Translations under genes and position numbers: made by a program | Part shown: in pieces, positions 1 to 13,188 of the stretch | Position numbering within the stretch: the first letter of the stretch is position 1 | How the letters are laid out: the number at the start of each line of letters is the position of its first letter | DNA from: Octopus bimaculoides | Taxonomy: Eukaryota | Direction of reading: 5' to 3' | NCBI RefSeq assembly: GCF_001194135.2 | Contig: NC_068981.1 | Coordinates: 197,339,319-197,403,318 of the forward strand | DNA: 64,000 bases | Notes under the pieces: generated by a model | What the model saw: only the letters and a program-made list of their open reading frames with translations | Told to the model about the DNA's origin: nothing | Database searches by the model: none

Positions 1-163
1 TGAGCATCTCTGCAGTGATTCCTGATGGGCCGGGGGCTTTCCCTGTCTTCATACTCTTAATTGCTTTATCTACCCTGGTACTGTCAACTCGGATAGCTGG
101 TCCCTCTGTTGGGTCGACATACGGCAGGCTCTCTTTCTCCCATTCATTCTCTTTATTAAGCAA

Positions 164-165
<2 letters not shown>
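1..165 (-). mobile_element. RTE LINE ORF2 fragment
   Basis: Closely similar to 58345-58490 of the RTE copy (gattcctgatgggYcgggggctttYcctgtcttcata...gatagctggtccct...cccattcattctc). Confidence 0.8.
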
Positions 166-229
<64 letters not shown>

Positions 230-1642
230 ACCGTTCCCTTCCTGCCCTTTAAGATTTCAGTGAAATATTTGGCAGCGCAATTTACTTTTGGCTATATTTT
301 ATTTCAGCGATGTTCCTGATTTTTCCGATTTATCCCTAAGAATGAATTTGTGTGCTTGTTGCCGAGGAACTGCTCATCTGACGGCAACTATTCATAGCAT
401 TGAACTACAAGATGTCTGGTCTTGTACAAGTATAAATATAGTTTGATTCCCTTGTTAAACCGAAATATTAATCGTCATAAAACTGGAAAAAAACAAAAAA
501 AAGAAACGTAACTGATTTGAAACTAGTTTGTTAAATCTAAAAATATTTTGTTAGAATGGAACAATACAATAAAGATGGAATTGTTTTTGGTGTTCAGATA
601 CATCAAAGTCTGTAAATCTAACCCAAATTTATACCCATAAAAGGGAACCACTTACAAGGCAAGATATTCTTTTTTACCTTTATCTAAATTTGAGAATTTT
701 TCTCAGTCTCCAAAGAAATTCCAACAAATTAGAAACCATTCGATAATCAAGAATATTTCTTTGGTAAATTCTATATTTTTCCAATTATCGTCATTCAATT
801 TGTTAGAAACAGCAACCAAATCTCCCTCAAATCACTGGTTTTAAGGGGCCAAAACCCTGTATGACATGATCCTAAACATATTCTTAAAAATCCAGGCAGG
901 ATGACCTCAGCTGTGTTTGTGTGCTTGACCTCTTATAAGTTCACTGGTGTTAAGTCTTTCCCATCATGGGTGACTGTCAGGGTGAGGGGACAATGACAAA
1001 GTGAATCACTTTGGAAACCAACAAGGAGTTTCTGATCACTCAAACTGCTAGAAAAAGGAACCAGGGCTCCCTCAAAATACAAGCCACCATTTTAGAAAGA
1101 AGGCCCCATTGGAGAATGAATGTACTTGTAGGGGGTCATGGTTGGAAAATCTTTGATCAGAAGTCTGGTTTGGTGTTGACCTGGGGTAAAACAGCTTAAT
1201 ATTTTGATTGTTGTTTGGTCTCAGGTCAACTTTGAATAGGTGTACTCCATCCGTGGCCATCCTGTCAATTTCTTTGGTCAATTCCAACTGGTCTTACATT
1301 AATAATGAACCCCTGATCCTCTGTGATCACTCAATTTATTAGAAATAGCAACTAAATCTCCCTCAAATCACTCTACCATTTTTAGTCAGAATGGTCATGT
1401 TCCAGTCATGACCACTCCAACATTTTGAATCCTTACAACCTCCTTATTCAGTTTGTCCTTCCCTATTTGAGATGATAGGGTACAATGTGAGAGATTTGGC
1501 TGCTATTTCTGGCAGGTAAAGCAATTTAACCTTGGCTCCTTTTCTTTTTGATCCCTGGACCCTAGCTTTAAAATGGACAGAAAACCGACAATATTGAGAG
1601 ATGCAGTCATATGGTGGCAGTTATCTTACTTTTATCATTAGG

Positions 1643-1882
1643 CTAAATGGCAATATGACCACCACCGGTGAAATATAAACATTGATCAGGGAGGTGAGGG
1701 GGTTTAATTGCCCGTATTTCACTGAACTCATCAGTGGTGGGAGTGTCAGCTGAATCCCTTGGATTCAGAACTGAAGGTCCTGGTGGAGGGGAGGGGGAAT
1801 GTGTTGGGGGGTGTTCGAGGGCCTGGTGCATTTGTGGTGGAAGAGGGAACTGGGTCAGATCCTGAAGATTTGGTAGGGAGAA
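1643..1882 (-). CDS. Candidate alternative terminal coding exon, Pro-rich (FSLPNLQDLTQFPLPPQMHQALEHPPTHSPSPPPGP...GGGHIAI*)
   Basis: Acceptor ttcaattttaattccag at 1883; 80 codons open in phase 0 to TAG; GC-richer than its flanks; phase matches the phase-0 donor at 11660. Confidence 0.45.
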   Translation of the reverse strand, partial: FSLPNLQDLTQFPLPPQMHQALEHPPTHSPSPPPGPSVLNPRDSADTPTTDEFSEIRAIKPPHLPDQCLYFTGGGHIAI

Positions 1883-2109
1883 CTGGAATTAAAATTGAAG
1901 CTAATGTAGAACAAACCTTTTTCTAAAGGTCACTGATCTTCAAATATATATAAATACTGCATCAGCATTTTTACTCCTTATATGGGGCCATGTTGCTCTT
2001 GGAGCTGTGTGTGTATAGGGGTTTCCAACTCTAGAGAAGGAACATTCTAAGAATTTTGTTGGAATCTTTAATCTAAAAATAGTGATTTTTGTATCTTTTA
2101 TTTTTGTTT

Positions 2110-2447
2110 CAATTATTTAACTGTGGCCATGCTGAGGCACCACCTTGAATTTTAGTTGAATGAATTATTTTTTAAAGTCTGGTACTTATTCTATCAGTCT
2201 CTTTTGCCAAACTGCTAAGTTACAAGGACTTAAACACACCAATATTAGTTGTCAAGAGGTGGCGGAGAACATGCACACATTCTTATACAAGAATGTTGTT
2301 GACAGTGACTTCAAAGTTTTGGCTAGCTAAGCCATGGTTGGCCCAAGGCTATAATAGAAGACACTTGCTCAACGTGCCATACAGTGGAATTGAACCAGGT
2401 ACCATGTGGTTGGGAAGCAAACTTCTTGCTTCAGTCAAACCTGCTTT
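2110..2447 (-). mobile_element. tRNA-derived SINE family A, decayed copy
   Basis: Reverse complement of the family A body and head (ccatgtggttgggaagcaaacttctt; gactgtggccatgctg). Confidence 0.75.
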
Positions 2448-2702
2448 TCGTATTTGAGATTTTCTTCCATTCCTCATTGATATTTTTAAGTCCAAATTTA
2501 TACAGGTGTGCTAATTTAGAATAGATTACCTTATCAGATAATTACTGTAAATACTTTGGTAAGTTATTCCCCCCACCCACACACACTTTGTTTTTCTTAA
2601 TGGATCTTAAATGTTTTTTAAGAATCCTCTGTTGAATCTTCCAAATGTTCTTTTAATTCCTTTCTATTTACCTTTTGTTTTTCTTTTTTTGGACTTTATC
2701 AT

Positions 2703-2980
2703 AGGTGCAGGAGTGACTGTGTGATAAGTAGCTTGCTTACTAACCACATGGTTCTGGGTTCAGTCCCACTGCATGGCATCTTGGGCAACTGTCTTCTACT
2801 ATAGCCTCTGGCCGGCCAAAGCCTCGAGTGGACAGAAACTGAAAGAAGCCCGTTCGGGTGTGTGTGTGCATATGTGTGTTTGTGCGTCTGTTTGTCCCTC
2901 TCCCAACATCACTTGACAACTGATGTTGGTGTGTTTACATCTCTGTAACTTAGTGGTTCAGCAAAAGAGACCGATAGAAT
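2703..2980 (+). mobile_element. tRNA-derived SINE family A, 3'-truncated
   Basis: ggtgcaggagtgactgtgtgataagtagc...gggttcagtccc (B-box-like)...CORE-like cttgggcaa...internal (GT)n. Confidence 0.8.
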
Positions 2981-3114
2981 CGACCCCAGAAGGATAAAAG
3001 GCATTCGACTTCGGCAGAATTTGAACTTAGAACATAAAGACAGATGAAATACTGCCAAGCATTTTGCCTGGCATGCTAGCGTTTCAGCCAGCTCACTGCC
3101 TTACTTGTCTTAAA

Positions 3115-3330
3115 TATTCTTTTCTACTTGAGGAACAAGGCCTGAAATTTTTGGGGAGGGGTCAAGTCGATTAGATTGACTCCAGTATACAACTGGTACT
3201 TAATTTGTTGACCCTGAAAGATGAAAGGCAAAGTTGACCTCTGCAGAATTTGAACTCGGAATGTAGCGGCAGACGAAATACTGCTAAGCATTTTGCCTTA
3301 CTTGCTAATGTTTCTGCCAGCTTGCTGTTC
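3115..3330 (-). mobile_element. tRNA-derived SINE family B
   Basis: Minus strand reads ctggcagaaacattagc...gagttcaaattc (A/B-box-like)...ataaattaagtaccag; same family recurs more than 10 times in the window. Confidence 0.8.
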
Positions 3331-3789
3331 TGCTGAAGGATTACATTTAATGGTATGTCTTTGGAAACTCAGCCATTTACAGGTCAGTTCAATGGAGTTT
3401 TGGTACTGAAACAACTGGAATATTTGAAGATTGGAGAGCAATTATAATTGTCTTAACATTTGGTTTAGTGGGGAAGAGGAGGAACCCTTAAAGATCTCAA
3501 TACTGGTTAAATACAAATTGAGATGAGATTTTGAATTTCTATAAAATCTTTAGGTATTAATGACTGTTCAAATATATAGAATTTTGGCAGTTTTCTGCTG
3601 GGAAAGAAATTTCAAATACCAAGTGATTTGGAAGTCATCAGTTATCCCAAATTTTGGCCTTTTGTGATCATGCCGGAGCATTATTTTGAAGGGCTTTTCA
3701 TTAAATGAACCTCAGTACTGTTTTTTGCCTGGTAGTTATTGGGCCTGTTTTGCTGAACCACCAAGTCCAACTTTGGCAACAAATGGTGA

Positions 3790-4400
3790 TGAATCTTGTC
3801 CTTATTGCTATGGACCCTCTCTTTCCATCGATTCCTGCCTCTGTTGATGGTTGTGCATTCAGCTAAAGGTTATCCGGTCCATTCTTTGTCATCCAGCTAA
3901 TATCTTAATCTCTCCCTTTGTTTTCCATTTATTCTTCCCTCTTGGATACAGGTGTTGAAGTTCATACCCAGAAGACTTCAGTTTTCTCTTTATAACGGAT
4001 ACCAAAGATTCTCTTTCTATTGTCATTTCTTCAAATGTTGACTCATTTGTTCAATGCCTTGGTGACACATTCTTTCAAATGCCTCGAGTTTGGCAGTTAT
4101 TTGTTCTTAGGATCCAGCTTTCACATTCATTTGGTGCAACAAGTCAAACCAATGTCTTCATCAATTATAATTTGTTGTTCTTGTTAACAGCTTTGACTGT
4201 CCAAGTTTTAGTGAATGATTTTAAGGCTGATCTTGATGTCCATATCTCTTTCCTTATTTCATGGCTTCTCTCTCTTTTACGGTAGCACACCAATACTTGA
4301 CCTTGGTGACCTGTTCTAAAGGTAACTCCTTGGCATTAGGTGCTGAGTTATTCTGGTGCTTTTGTCACTGCTACGACATTTGTCTTTGGATTGATTTCTA
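3790..4400 (-). mobile_element. Old, degenerate RTE LINE RT C-terminal remnant
   Basis: Broken minus-strand translation gives LEQVTKVKY, APNECESWILR (YGCESWTL-like) and VIKRKL, typical of RTE ORF2 C-termini; many stops. Confidence 0.6.
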
Positions 4401-4414
4401 GCTGGTACACTTTC

Positions 4415-4638
4415 TACCATGTCCATTAATTTTTTCTACTCTACAAGGCTCGAAATTTTGTGGGAGGGAGCCAGTCGATTAGATCGACCCAGTATGCAAC
4501 TGGTACTTAATTCATTGACTCCAAAAGGATGAAAGGCAGTCAACCTTGGTGGAGTTTGAACTCAGAACGTACAGACAGATTAAATACCACTAAACATTTC
4601 GCCTGGCGTGCTAATGTTTCTGCCAGCTCGCCGCCTTA
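4415..4638 (-). mobile_element. tRNA-derived SINE family B
   Basis: Reverse complement of ggcggcgagctggcagaaacattagcacgccaggcgaaatg...gagttcaaactcc. Confidence 0.8.
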
Positions 4639-4984
4639 CCATGTCCAGTAATCTGTCATATGTCTGGTGTTGCAATAAGGACTGTATTGTCCAGCAAAGT
4701 GTAGGTTGTCTATGTTCAATCAACTTGTGGGGCCTTTCTATAAAGGCTGTCTCGCAGTGGAGCTTTTCTATGAAGGCCATCTCCTGGTGTGTTGGTGCTA
4801 AGTAAAAAAAGCCAAGTGGTTGGCATTAGGAAGGGTGTACGGCTGTAGAAATCAAGCCAAATCAGACTGGGACCTGGTGTAGCCCTCCAGCCTTGCCAGC
4901 TCCTCTTGAACCATCCAACTCATTGCCAAAATGGAAAACAAATAATGACGACGATTATTTATTTTAAAGGTATCAGAACTTTAA

Positions 4985-5197
4985 CCCTTTTGTTACTGTA
5001 TTTAGAGATGCTCTGTGTTTCTTTCAATTACTTTAAATATAACAAAGAATTTAGTAAAATAACTTAGTTGTCATTCAGCTAGTGTTAGGAACATAAATTG
5101 TGACTAAGGTTTGGTAGATTTTAATTCAAAACCTATGAAAACAAGACATTTGTAATCAGAGCCAGAACTGGTTTCAGCCAGGTTGGTATCAAAAGGG
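4985..5197. mobile_element. piggyBac-like MITE
   Basis: TTAA at 4981-4984 and 5198-5201 flank the inverted termini ccctttTgttac / gtatcaaaaggg. Confidence 0.7.
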
Positions 5198-8100
5198 TTA
5201 ATCATTAACAACACAGTTACATAAATTAAAACAATTTATTCATAAATTCAATATTTTTAATTTTGGCAAAGAATATTGAAATCATATAAAAATAGTTTTC
5301 TTTACATATAGCATTGCCTTGACAGATAATTCAATCTTTTATTAAAAGTCAATACTAGGTTTGTCTTTGAACAGCAAACATTTACAGATAGATATGGTAT
5401 TATTCTGAAAAAGGCAATACATTTTATTTATTTTTTTGTCTGAGCAGTGGATTTACAAATATTTGAAAGGATTTAGCTTCAGTAAAACCTGATCGGAATT
5501 TCATTTAAAAAGAAAGTGTTTTTTTTTTTTCTTTGAATATAAAAAAAAATGCTAATTTGGCACAAAAACACTTTAAATTTGGAATTGTGATCCCATGTTA
5601 ATCACAGAGGAACCTTTGTTTGTTTGAGGTCTCTTTGTAATGGAATGCAAAAACTGGAATCATATGAATTCGTTAATTTTTCAGTTGATTTGTAAAGACA
5701 GATTGTTTTTTTTTATTTTTATCAAAAATATTTGGGTTTTAATTTTCAGCTATTTTTAATTCCTGAAATTGGGAGAATATATGGATTAGTGAAGATATTA
5801 ACTGGATATATTTTAGTGTTGGTGTGAAAGTGGACCTGAAGGGGTTGCATAGGCACGTGGCTATGATGTTTTGAAAGAATTTAATATTGCTTAGTAGACT
5901 GGCCTTTGTAGATGTCCACCTTAGACTACTACTAACTTAGATCTGCAATAGACTTAAATGGCTTTTATTTCATTTGATTCCTGGAATAGCAATGGACATT
6001 GAACAGAATTCAAAGCAGGACACTCAGTTAGGTATTAAAACCTAATACTAACTCCTAAATATAACAAGGTATCACAAACTGGAGGTCTAGTTGTCTGCTG
6101 TGGTTAACAGAATTCCAAAACCTATTCCATTACCATTCAATGCTTCCTATATTGTAAGAAATAGTAAATGGAATTGGTCAATGTTGTGTTGGTTGATGTT
6201 CTTTTATAGTGCAGAAAATGAAAGACGCTTTCAATTGCCACTTTTACCATTCAAAGAGAACAGAAGAAACTTACCTGTTTCTCACTCATTCAACCATTTC
6301 TCAGTTTACTTATTTCAGGTGACTAGTTATGTATTAATTAGAAATATTTGGAAAGGAGGGGGGGGGGGTTAAATATGTCTTGGAGGAATTAAGAGGATTA
6401 TCAAAACACTGTCCCCCACTCTTTAAAAGAGGGTTGCAACTGTTTTTCAATTTTTGAAACCAAATCCCAGAACCAATTGATTACCATTTTCAGATGGAAA
6501 TGGTAAAACTGTTTGGGACTTTCCTTGATTTTTGGGTTTCAGTCATATCATTTCCATTTTTCAGCTCAGTACCTCTTTAGTCTCAGATCAGCAGTCCAGT
6601 TGTGGCCATCCCAGTTTTCTTTTTTCTAAACATTGAATAATGTGATACTGAGAGTGTATCGTAAAATAAATGGATGAGTTTTTATGTCTATAAATGTTTG
6701 AACATTCTGGAAAGACTTACTGGCCCAGGGAATGTATCAAATAATGGTATTTGAGTTGTGATGATTAAAGAGAAATGATGTAAGCATGGTTGTAAGGACT
6801 CTTGGTATCAGGAAGAGTTGAGATCAAATGATAAACATTATCTCACTGCCCAGTGTGTGTGTGTGTGTGAATGTGATGGTTGAAAATCATGCAAGCAATG
6901 TTGGTCATTTCTTCTGCAGAAACCATCTTGGGCCATGGAGAAATTTTACCAGGTGAAGGTCGGGGACAGAAAAGGCATCCAGTCATAGAAAGTAGACTTC
7001 AGCCAATTCCGTCTAACTCCTGAGGGGAAGGTGGACATTAAAAGGATAATAAATAGTTAGTGGCTGAACAATCTCATTTAAAGAGCTCCTGTTCTCATTT
7101 TTTTTTCCACCTAAAAATTAAGATATTTTGTAATCTACCCCAGATTGTCAAATTGATATTATTTCTCAAGTAAAACTGAAATAAAATGCATCCAATTGTC
7201 CAGTAATGTTGCATAGTTGGGAGAGATAAACAGTTTGTTGTTTGTAATAAACCAACTAAATTGGTTGCTCAGTAATTAAAGTAACAGGAATGACAGATAC
7301 TATTTTCCTTCATGAAATGGCAGAGGGGAGACTAAAATATTCTCAAATATGTCTGTTAACTTCCTGACAAGACCACCACTGACTAAAACAGTGGATACAA
7401 GGCTTGTTAATAAACTCTGTATACAATTGAAATAGCATTAAATAATACAACTTTTTATATATCCTACGTTGTGTGTAAACACTAGTGACAGGCATGATGC
7501 TGTGGCTTTTGTGTTTTTTTTTAAAAAAAAGAAAAGCATGTGACAAGCTCAAGATGGCTGAAATGTGTGTGACATTGATAAGGCTCCAACACAATATGGC
7601 TATAAAGAGATTTCTCTTGGACAAAAAAGAAAAAAAAACACCTTTCAATGATGTCTATACTTTTCAAGTATGGCACATGGTTACTTATTAATGTGAAGAG
7701 TCTTTTGGTGATTTAAGATTATAAATAATCCCATTCTCCTCAAAATATTAATTGCTGAAGCAAGATCTAAGATCAGGATTTTAGTCAAAGTAATACAGGA
7801 AGCGGAGGAACACCTTGTTGGTCTTGATGTGAATTAGAATGATTTTGGTTAATATTTCTACATTAATATTCCAAAACTAGAAATTAGTTTCAAACTTCAC
7901 TGAAAAGATTANNNNNNNNNNNNNNNNNNNNNNNNNNNNNNNNNNNNNNNNNNNNNNNNNNNNNNNNNNNNNNNNNNNNNNNNNNNNNNNNNNNNNNNNN
8001 NNNNNNNNNNNNNNNNNNNNNNNNNNNNNNNNNNNNNNNNNNNNNNNNNNNNNNNNNNNNNNNNNNNNNNNNNNNNNNNNNNNNNNNNNNNNNNNNNNNN

Positions 8101-9394
8101 NNNNNNNNNNNNNNNNNNNNNNNNNNNNNNNNNNNNNNNNNNNNNNNNNNNNNNNNNNNNNNNNNNNNNNNNNNNNNNNNNNNNNNNNNNNNNNNNNNNN
8201 NNNNNNNNNNNNNNNNNNNNNNNNNNNNNNNNNNNNNNNNNNNNNNNNNNNNNNNNNNNNNNNNNNNNNNNNNNNNNNNNNNNNNNNNNNNNNNNNNNNN
8301 NNNNNNNNNNNNNNTTCGTCAATGTATAATCACCCAACCTTTTACAAGGATGGAAGGACACACTTACACTCAACAAATTAGATGTCAAACATTTTCTTTC
8401 TCAGGAGACTGTAGGTCTTTTCTAACCTAATTTAATATCAAGTATAAAAATGATTGATTTATACACAAACTAACCTTCAATTCTCTAAATTTGTAGAGGA
8501 AAATGGTATAAGAATGGGGAACATATTCCCAGAATATTCATTCATATATATATATTATACACACATGTTATGAATGGATTTAATATACAGAAATCGAAAA
8601 AAAAAAAAACTTTACATCGGTATTTCTCTAAAAATTGATGAGATAGAGAAGCATTCAATGTCATATTCCTTGTTAAATTGTTTGGCTTCTGACTACAAAG
8701 ACAGCCTCAGAGATCCCTTATTTGATAAATAGCTAAGGGTTAACAGGATGGGCATCTGGTTGTAAAACCATGTCACAATAAGACACTCCTCTAACTCATG
8801 CTAGCATGGAAAGACAATTGTAAAAATGAACAAAACAATGAACATAAAAAAAAAAAATGGTAGCAAGTATATTTTTCTGTAAATCTAGATACCATGTCGT
8901 ATTTTCTGTATTCTGTATGGAGACAATCATCATCATCATCACTCACAGAAAATTTGGGATGTCTCTTCAGAGAGAAAAATCAGGAATTTATGAAGAGAAT
9001 CGTTTGAAAATATTTCTGGCATATTTTGCATCACTAGTGCAATCTCTGGAAGTTGAAATTCAGAAATGACAGATGAATATCAGGACAATGGTTGTTGAAG
9101 GTTGCCAAGAAATTCTAATATAAAATGACCAGTTTATATCAGAATTGAGTGATGGCCATACAAACCAAGGGACATTTTGGGTTGATCAGTTTTTTTTTCT
9201 TTTCTTATTTTTCTTTTTTTGCACCTTGATTAGTATTACTATTCAAGAAAATGGTTCTTGTAGACACTCTGCAAGTCTGGAATGTCACTGGCAGCTGGTT
9301 TGGGTGGCTTTTTGTTTATAAAACCATAAGCAATCATTCTATCCAAACTTTAAAGACAATCAATCATTTGAATCAATTAAATCAACCAACGAAG

Positions 9395-9673
9395 TTATCG
9401 ATTGCTGCTGCTGCTAGTGCTGTTGTTGTTGTTGTTGTTGTAATTAGTGTTACTGATTAACTGTGGTATGTAGGTGAATGGCGGCAGATTATCTCGCAGA
9501 TGTTGAGGTGATAAGATATCTTCAGATCTACATCTTCGCATGGAATCTGGATGTGATGGACTTGATGACAATGAGGGCTTCGTATTCACTATCTCCTGGC
9601 TGCGGGCCAAGATATTTAAGGCTGTCTCGTAGTTCGGAGGGGGAGTGACTGGAACGTTCAACGAGAAAGATTG
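9395..9673 (-). CDS. Terminal coding exon of the LDLa-like/TM/PPxY protein (QSFSLNVPVTPPPNYETAL...SNR*)
   Basis: Acceptor ctgttttaaattttcag; phase 0 matches the upstream donor; second PY motif PPNY; TAA at 9397-9395. Confidence 0.8.
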   Translation of the reverse strand, partial: QSFSLNVPVTPPPNYETALNILARSQEIVNTKPSLSSSPSHPDSMRRCRSEDILSPQHLRDNLPPFTYIPQLISNTNYNNNNNNSTSSSSNR

Positions 9674-9811
9674 CTGAAAATTTAAAACAGAATTACTTTT
9701 ATAAAACTTCATTACAATAACCATTAAAATAATCGTTACAACACCTTTCTATTATTATTATATTACAGTAACTGTTAAAAAGAATTACAATTTATAAAAC
9801 AGTTATAATTT

Positions 9812-10208
9812 CGCAGGAGTGGCTGTGTGGTAAGTAGCTTGCTTACCAACCACGTGGTTCCAGGTTCAGTCACAGTGGGTGGCACTGTTGGTAAGTGTCT
9901 TCTACTATAGCCTCGGGCCGACCAAAGCCTTGTGAGTGGATTTGGTAGACAGAAACTGAAAGAAGCCCATCGTATATATATGTGTGTGTGTGTGTATGTA
10001 TATGTTTGTGTGTCTGTGTTTGTCCCCCCCAACATCTCTTGACAACCAATGCTGGTATGTTTACGTCCATGTAACTTAGCGGTTCGGTTCGGCAAAAGAG
10101 ACTGATAGAAGAAGTACTAGGTTTACAAAGAATAAGTCCTGGAGGTCAATTTGTTCGACTAAAGGCGGTGCTCCAGCATGGCCGCAGTCCAATGACTGAA
10201 ACAAATAA
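9812..10208 (+). mobile_element. tRNA-derived SINE family A, near full length
   Basis: Head gcaggagtggctgtgtggtaag, ggttcagtc, CORE-like body, internal (GT)n, tail gactgaaacaaataa. Confidence 0.85.
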
Positions 10209-11194
10209 CAGTGTTACACTTTTTAAATGTCTAATTAGTGACTTTCTTCAAATGAACCACCTTTTTAAGACCTTTCACTCCTTTGATGGCACAGTCATCT
10301 ATTGGTCAGTGTTAGTTGTCTGACATATTCAAAGTAACTTTACCACATATCATACAATACATGGACAAGTCTATCTACATTCAAAGAACGAAGAGGTGTC
10401 GTTTGCCCTACATCTCAAATTGTCTTCTCTACCAAATAGCAACATTAACATAAGTTGGCAAGTTTTTAACTCTGAATTCTATGATAGCAAAAGAACATTA
10501 AATAGAAAATGGTTTCCAGGAGAACTCTCACATCGTTTAGATGAGGTCTGTAACCAGGAAACTTTTCCCAATTTTTCAAAGTATTTAAACAATCATATGT
10601 TGTGGTCATGGCAGGATTAGTCAACTATCACCTCTCCTCTGCTGTGACTGACAGAGAAACTGGTAGCCTCCATGGTTGTCCATGTGGTAGACACATGAAA
10701 AATGTCTCCATGTGAAAGGAAACCCATTCAGAGTGGTAGAGGTGAAGAACTGTAGTTGATGTGAAACAAAGTTGGAACTGCAGCCATTATTGATATCTGT
10801 TTGTACACGAAGGGTTTGGGCTGAATGGTCTTTGTTATTATCAGACGTTTATTTCTTTGAAGCACCTTCATTTTGTCTGAACTCACGCAGATCTTGTGAA
10901 GTGAATGAATAAATACCAGTCCAACCATTTAAAATTTAATTGTAAGAAACTGAATCTCAAACCATCTCCAAATGGGTAAAGCAACTGATAACCACCCCTG
11001 CATAATGGCAGGGGGGAAATGGTGAACATTATCTAATAGTCCATTAGATATTTTCCCACAACCTATTAGTTATGTTAATAATGGTATATTTTATTGAAAT
11101 ACATTCTAATTTATATTCTATATATTAATATCAAAGTGCCTTATTTTAAAACCAGAAATAATAGCTTCTTATTGAGCAAAATATATTATTTGTC

Positions 11195-11530
11195 ATGACA
11201 AAGTATTGGGTCTGGAGAGCCAGTGGTTGTACCAGGCTCCAGTCTGATCTGGCAATGTTTCTACAGCTGGATGCCCTTCCTAATGCCAACCACTCTGAGA
11301 GTGTAGTGGGTGCTTTTTATGTGCCACCAGCACAGGAGCCAGACAGGCGGACCTGGCATCAATCACATTCAGATAGTGCTTTTTATGTGCCATTGGCACA
11401 GGAGCCAGTCAGGGGGCACTGGCCCCAGCTACGATGTTGGTTTTATTTGACTCAACAGGTCTTCTCAAACATATATCACCGGATGCATCAGGGGTATTCT
11501 TAACGGGGCCGGGTATGCATGGCTGTGATC
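11195..11530 (-). mobile_element. RTE LINE 3'UTR fragment
   Basis: Collinear with 56460-56790, the 3'UTR of the RTE copy. Confidence 0.8.
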
Positions 11531-11660
11531 TTACTTTAGCTGCCGGGTAAATAAAAGTTATATCATTTTGAAATTTGTTTATTGTTGTTGTTAGAACTGG
11601 ATAAAGCAACTTATGGCCATCCCTGTATATAAGAGAGAGCTTAAAGTGTCTTGTATTTAC

Positions 11661-11794
11661 CATTCTCTGTCTTTCTGGTGTCATTGGATATCTATTTGTA
11701 GAAATGACCTCTTCATAAGGTGGAGGTGGTTGATATAGTGACAGGTTGTCAGACTCTACATCAGCTGAAGAGTTTACTTCCATCTGAGAATCAG
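11661..11794 (-). CDS. Coding exon, cytoplasmic domain with PPPY ((S)DSQMEVNSSADVESDNLSLYQPPPPYEEVISTNRYPMTPERQRM)
   Basis: Acceptor tttgtttctaattttgcag, donor ATG|gtaaat; 134 nt, phase 1 to phase 0, consistent with both neighbouring exons. Confidence 0.85.
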
Positions 11795-13188
11795 CTGCAA
11801 AATTAGAAACAAAACAAAATTACATTAACATCGTTAATATTACACAAAACATCAACATTATTGCTATATCATCATCATCATCATCATCATTTTCATTACA
11901 AATAAGAACATTATCATTACAAACCTCTGTAAATGTTCAAGCTATAAGAAATAACAGCCAAGCTGTTCTTAAATCAAACTCTGACATCTTCAATGAGGAA
12001 GTATGAATCGGAAAAAATAGTTCCTGAGATACAAAACTGAGGGATGGTCATGGTTGGAATGTCTTTGGTTAGGGCTCTACTGAATGAAAGCTGACAAAGT
12101 TTTCAACAATTTACATAATCCTGATGACAATGATTCTTGTCCTCATTATCATTAATGGCAGAATGGTGAACCAAGTTCTCTTGAGGTGTTTAGTTACGTT
12201 CCTAGTCATTCCGAGTTCAAAACCTACCAGGGTTTAATAAAATAAACGGAACCCCAACACTTGACCAGTAGTTTAACTTGTTTATTAACCCAACATATGT
12301 CCAGATGCCAACAAAATCCTTTCTACAACAAGACTTCAAATTTGGTTGCCAGGAGCGGGAGTAAGTCAACCCCAGTACCCCACTGGTACTGATTTTATTG
12401 ACCTCAAATGGATAAAAGGCTATGTCTATCTTGGTGAAATTTGAATCCAGATTGTAAAGTCAGGTGAAATGCTGCTAAGCATTTTGTTTGGTGTGCTAAT
12501 AATTCTGCCACCTTAAGTGCCTACAATAATGGTTTCCAATTTGACCACAAGGGCAGCAATTTTGGGGGAGGGTACCGGTCACTACATAAATCCCCAGTAT
12601 CCAGCTGGTACTTATTTTAATTGACAGGCAAAGTCAACTTTGGCAGAACTTGAACTCAGACCATAAAGACAGACGAAATGCTACTAATAATATTAAAAAA
12701 TGCCTACATAAAACCTCATTCTTACTTGCAGCATCCCCTTTCATAATTAAGATGGGAGAGTGACTAACAAAATAGCTTTCTATACTTAGTTGCGTCCCTT
12801 TAGTTGAAATTCTGCACCGGTCAACACAGATCTTCATCCTTCTGGGACCAACAAAGTTTAAAGATTTCTGGGTACCAATTTACATGTGAGACGCATACCT
12901 GGGGCTGGTATATAATGTTTACATACCAGCCCCAGGAATACGGCTAATATGTAAATTGATATATCCAATAACTTAACACTATTGTATGCAGTGGCAAATT
13001 AAGCAATGTGTTGGGAGGTGAGAGTGGGTGAGATGAGCGCTGAAGAAGGGGGCAACAACCCCCAAAATAATGGCATATACACTCATTACCCACTTTTGTC
13101 TTTGACCACATTGTTTGTTTACGTCTGACGTCTTGATATGAAAAGTTGTAGAAAAATCAGTGCTGGGTCTAAATTCTATAGTATATCA

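Noticed and set aside
6277-6325. Strong AG|gtaagt donor on the minus strand with a 48-nt putative exon
   Set aside because: Stops in all frames, lies downstream of the stop codon and has no other support.
10728-10890. Phase-0 open segment or 6-nt micro-exon (ATCTGC) in the last intron
   Set aside because: Weak signals, no protein-like features, and expected by chance.
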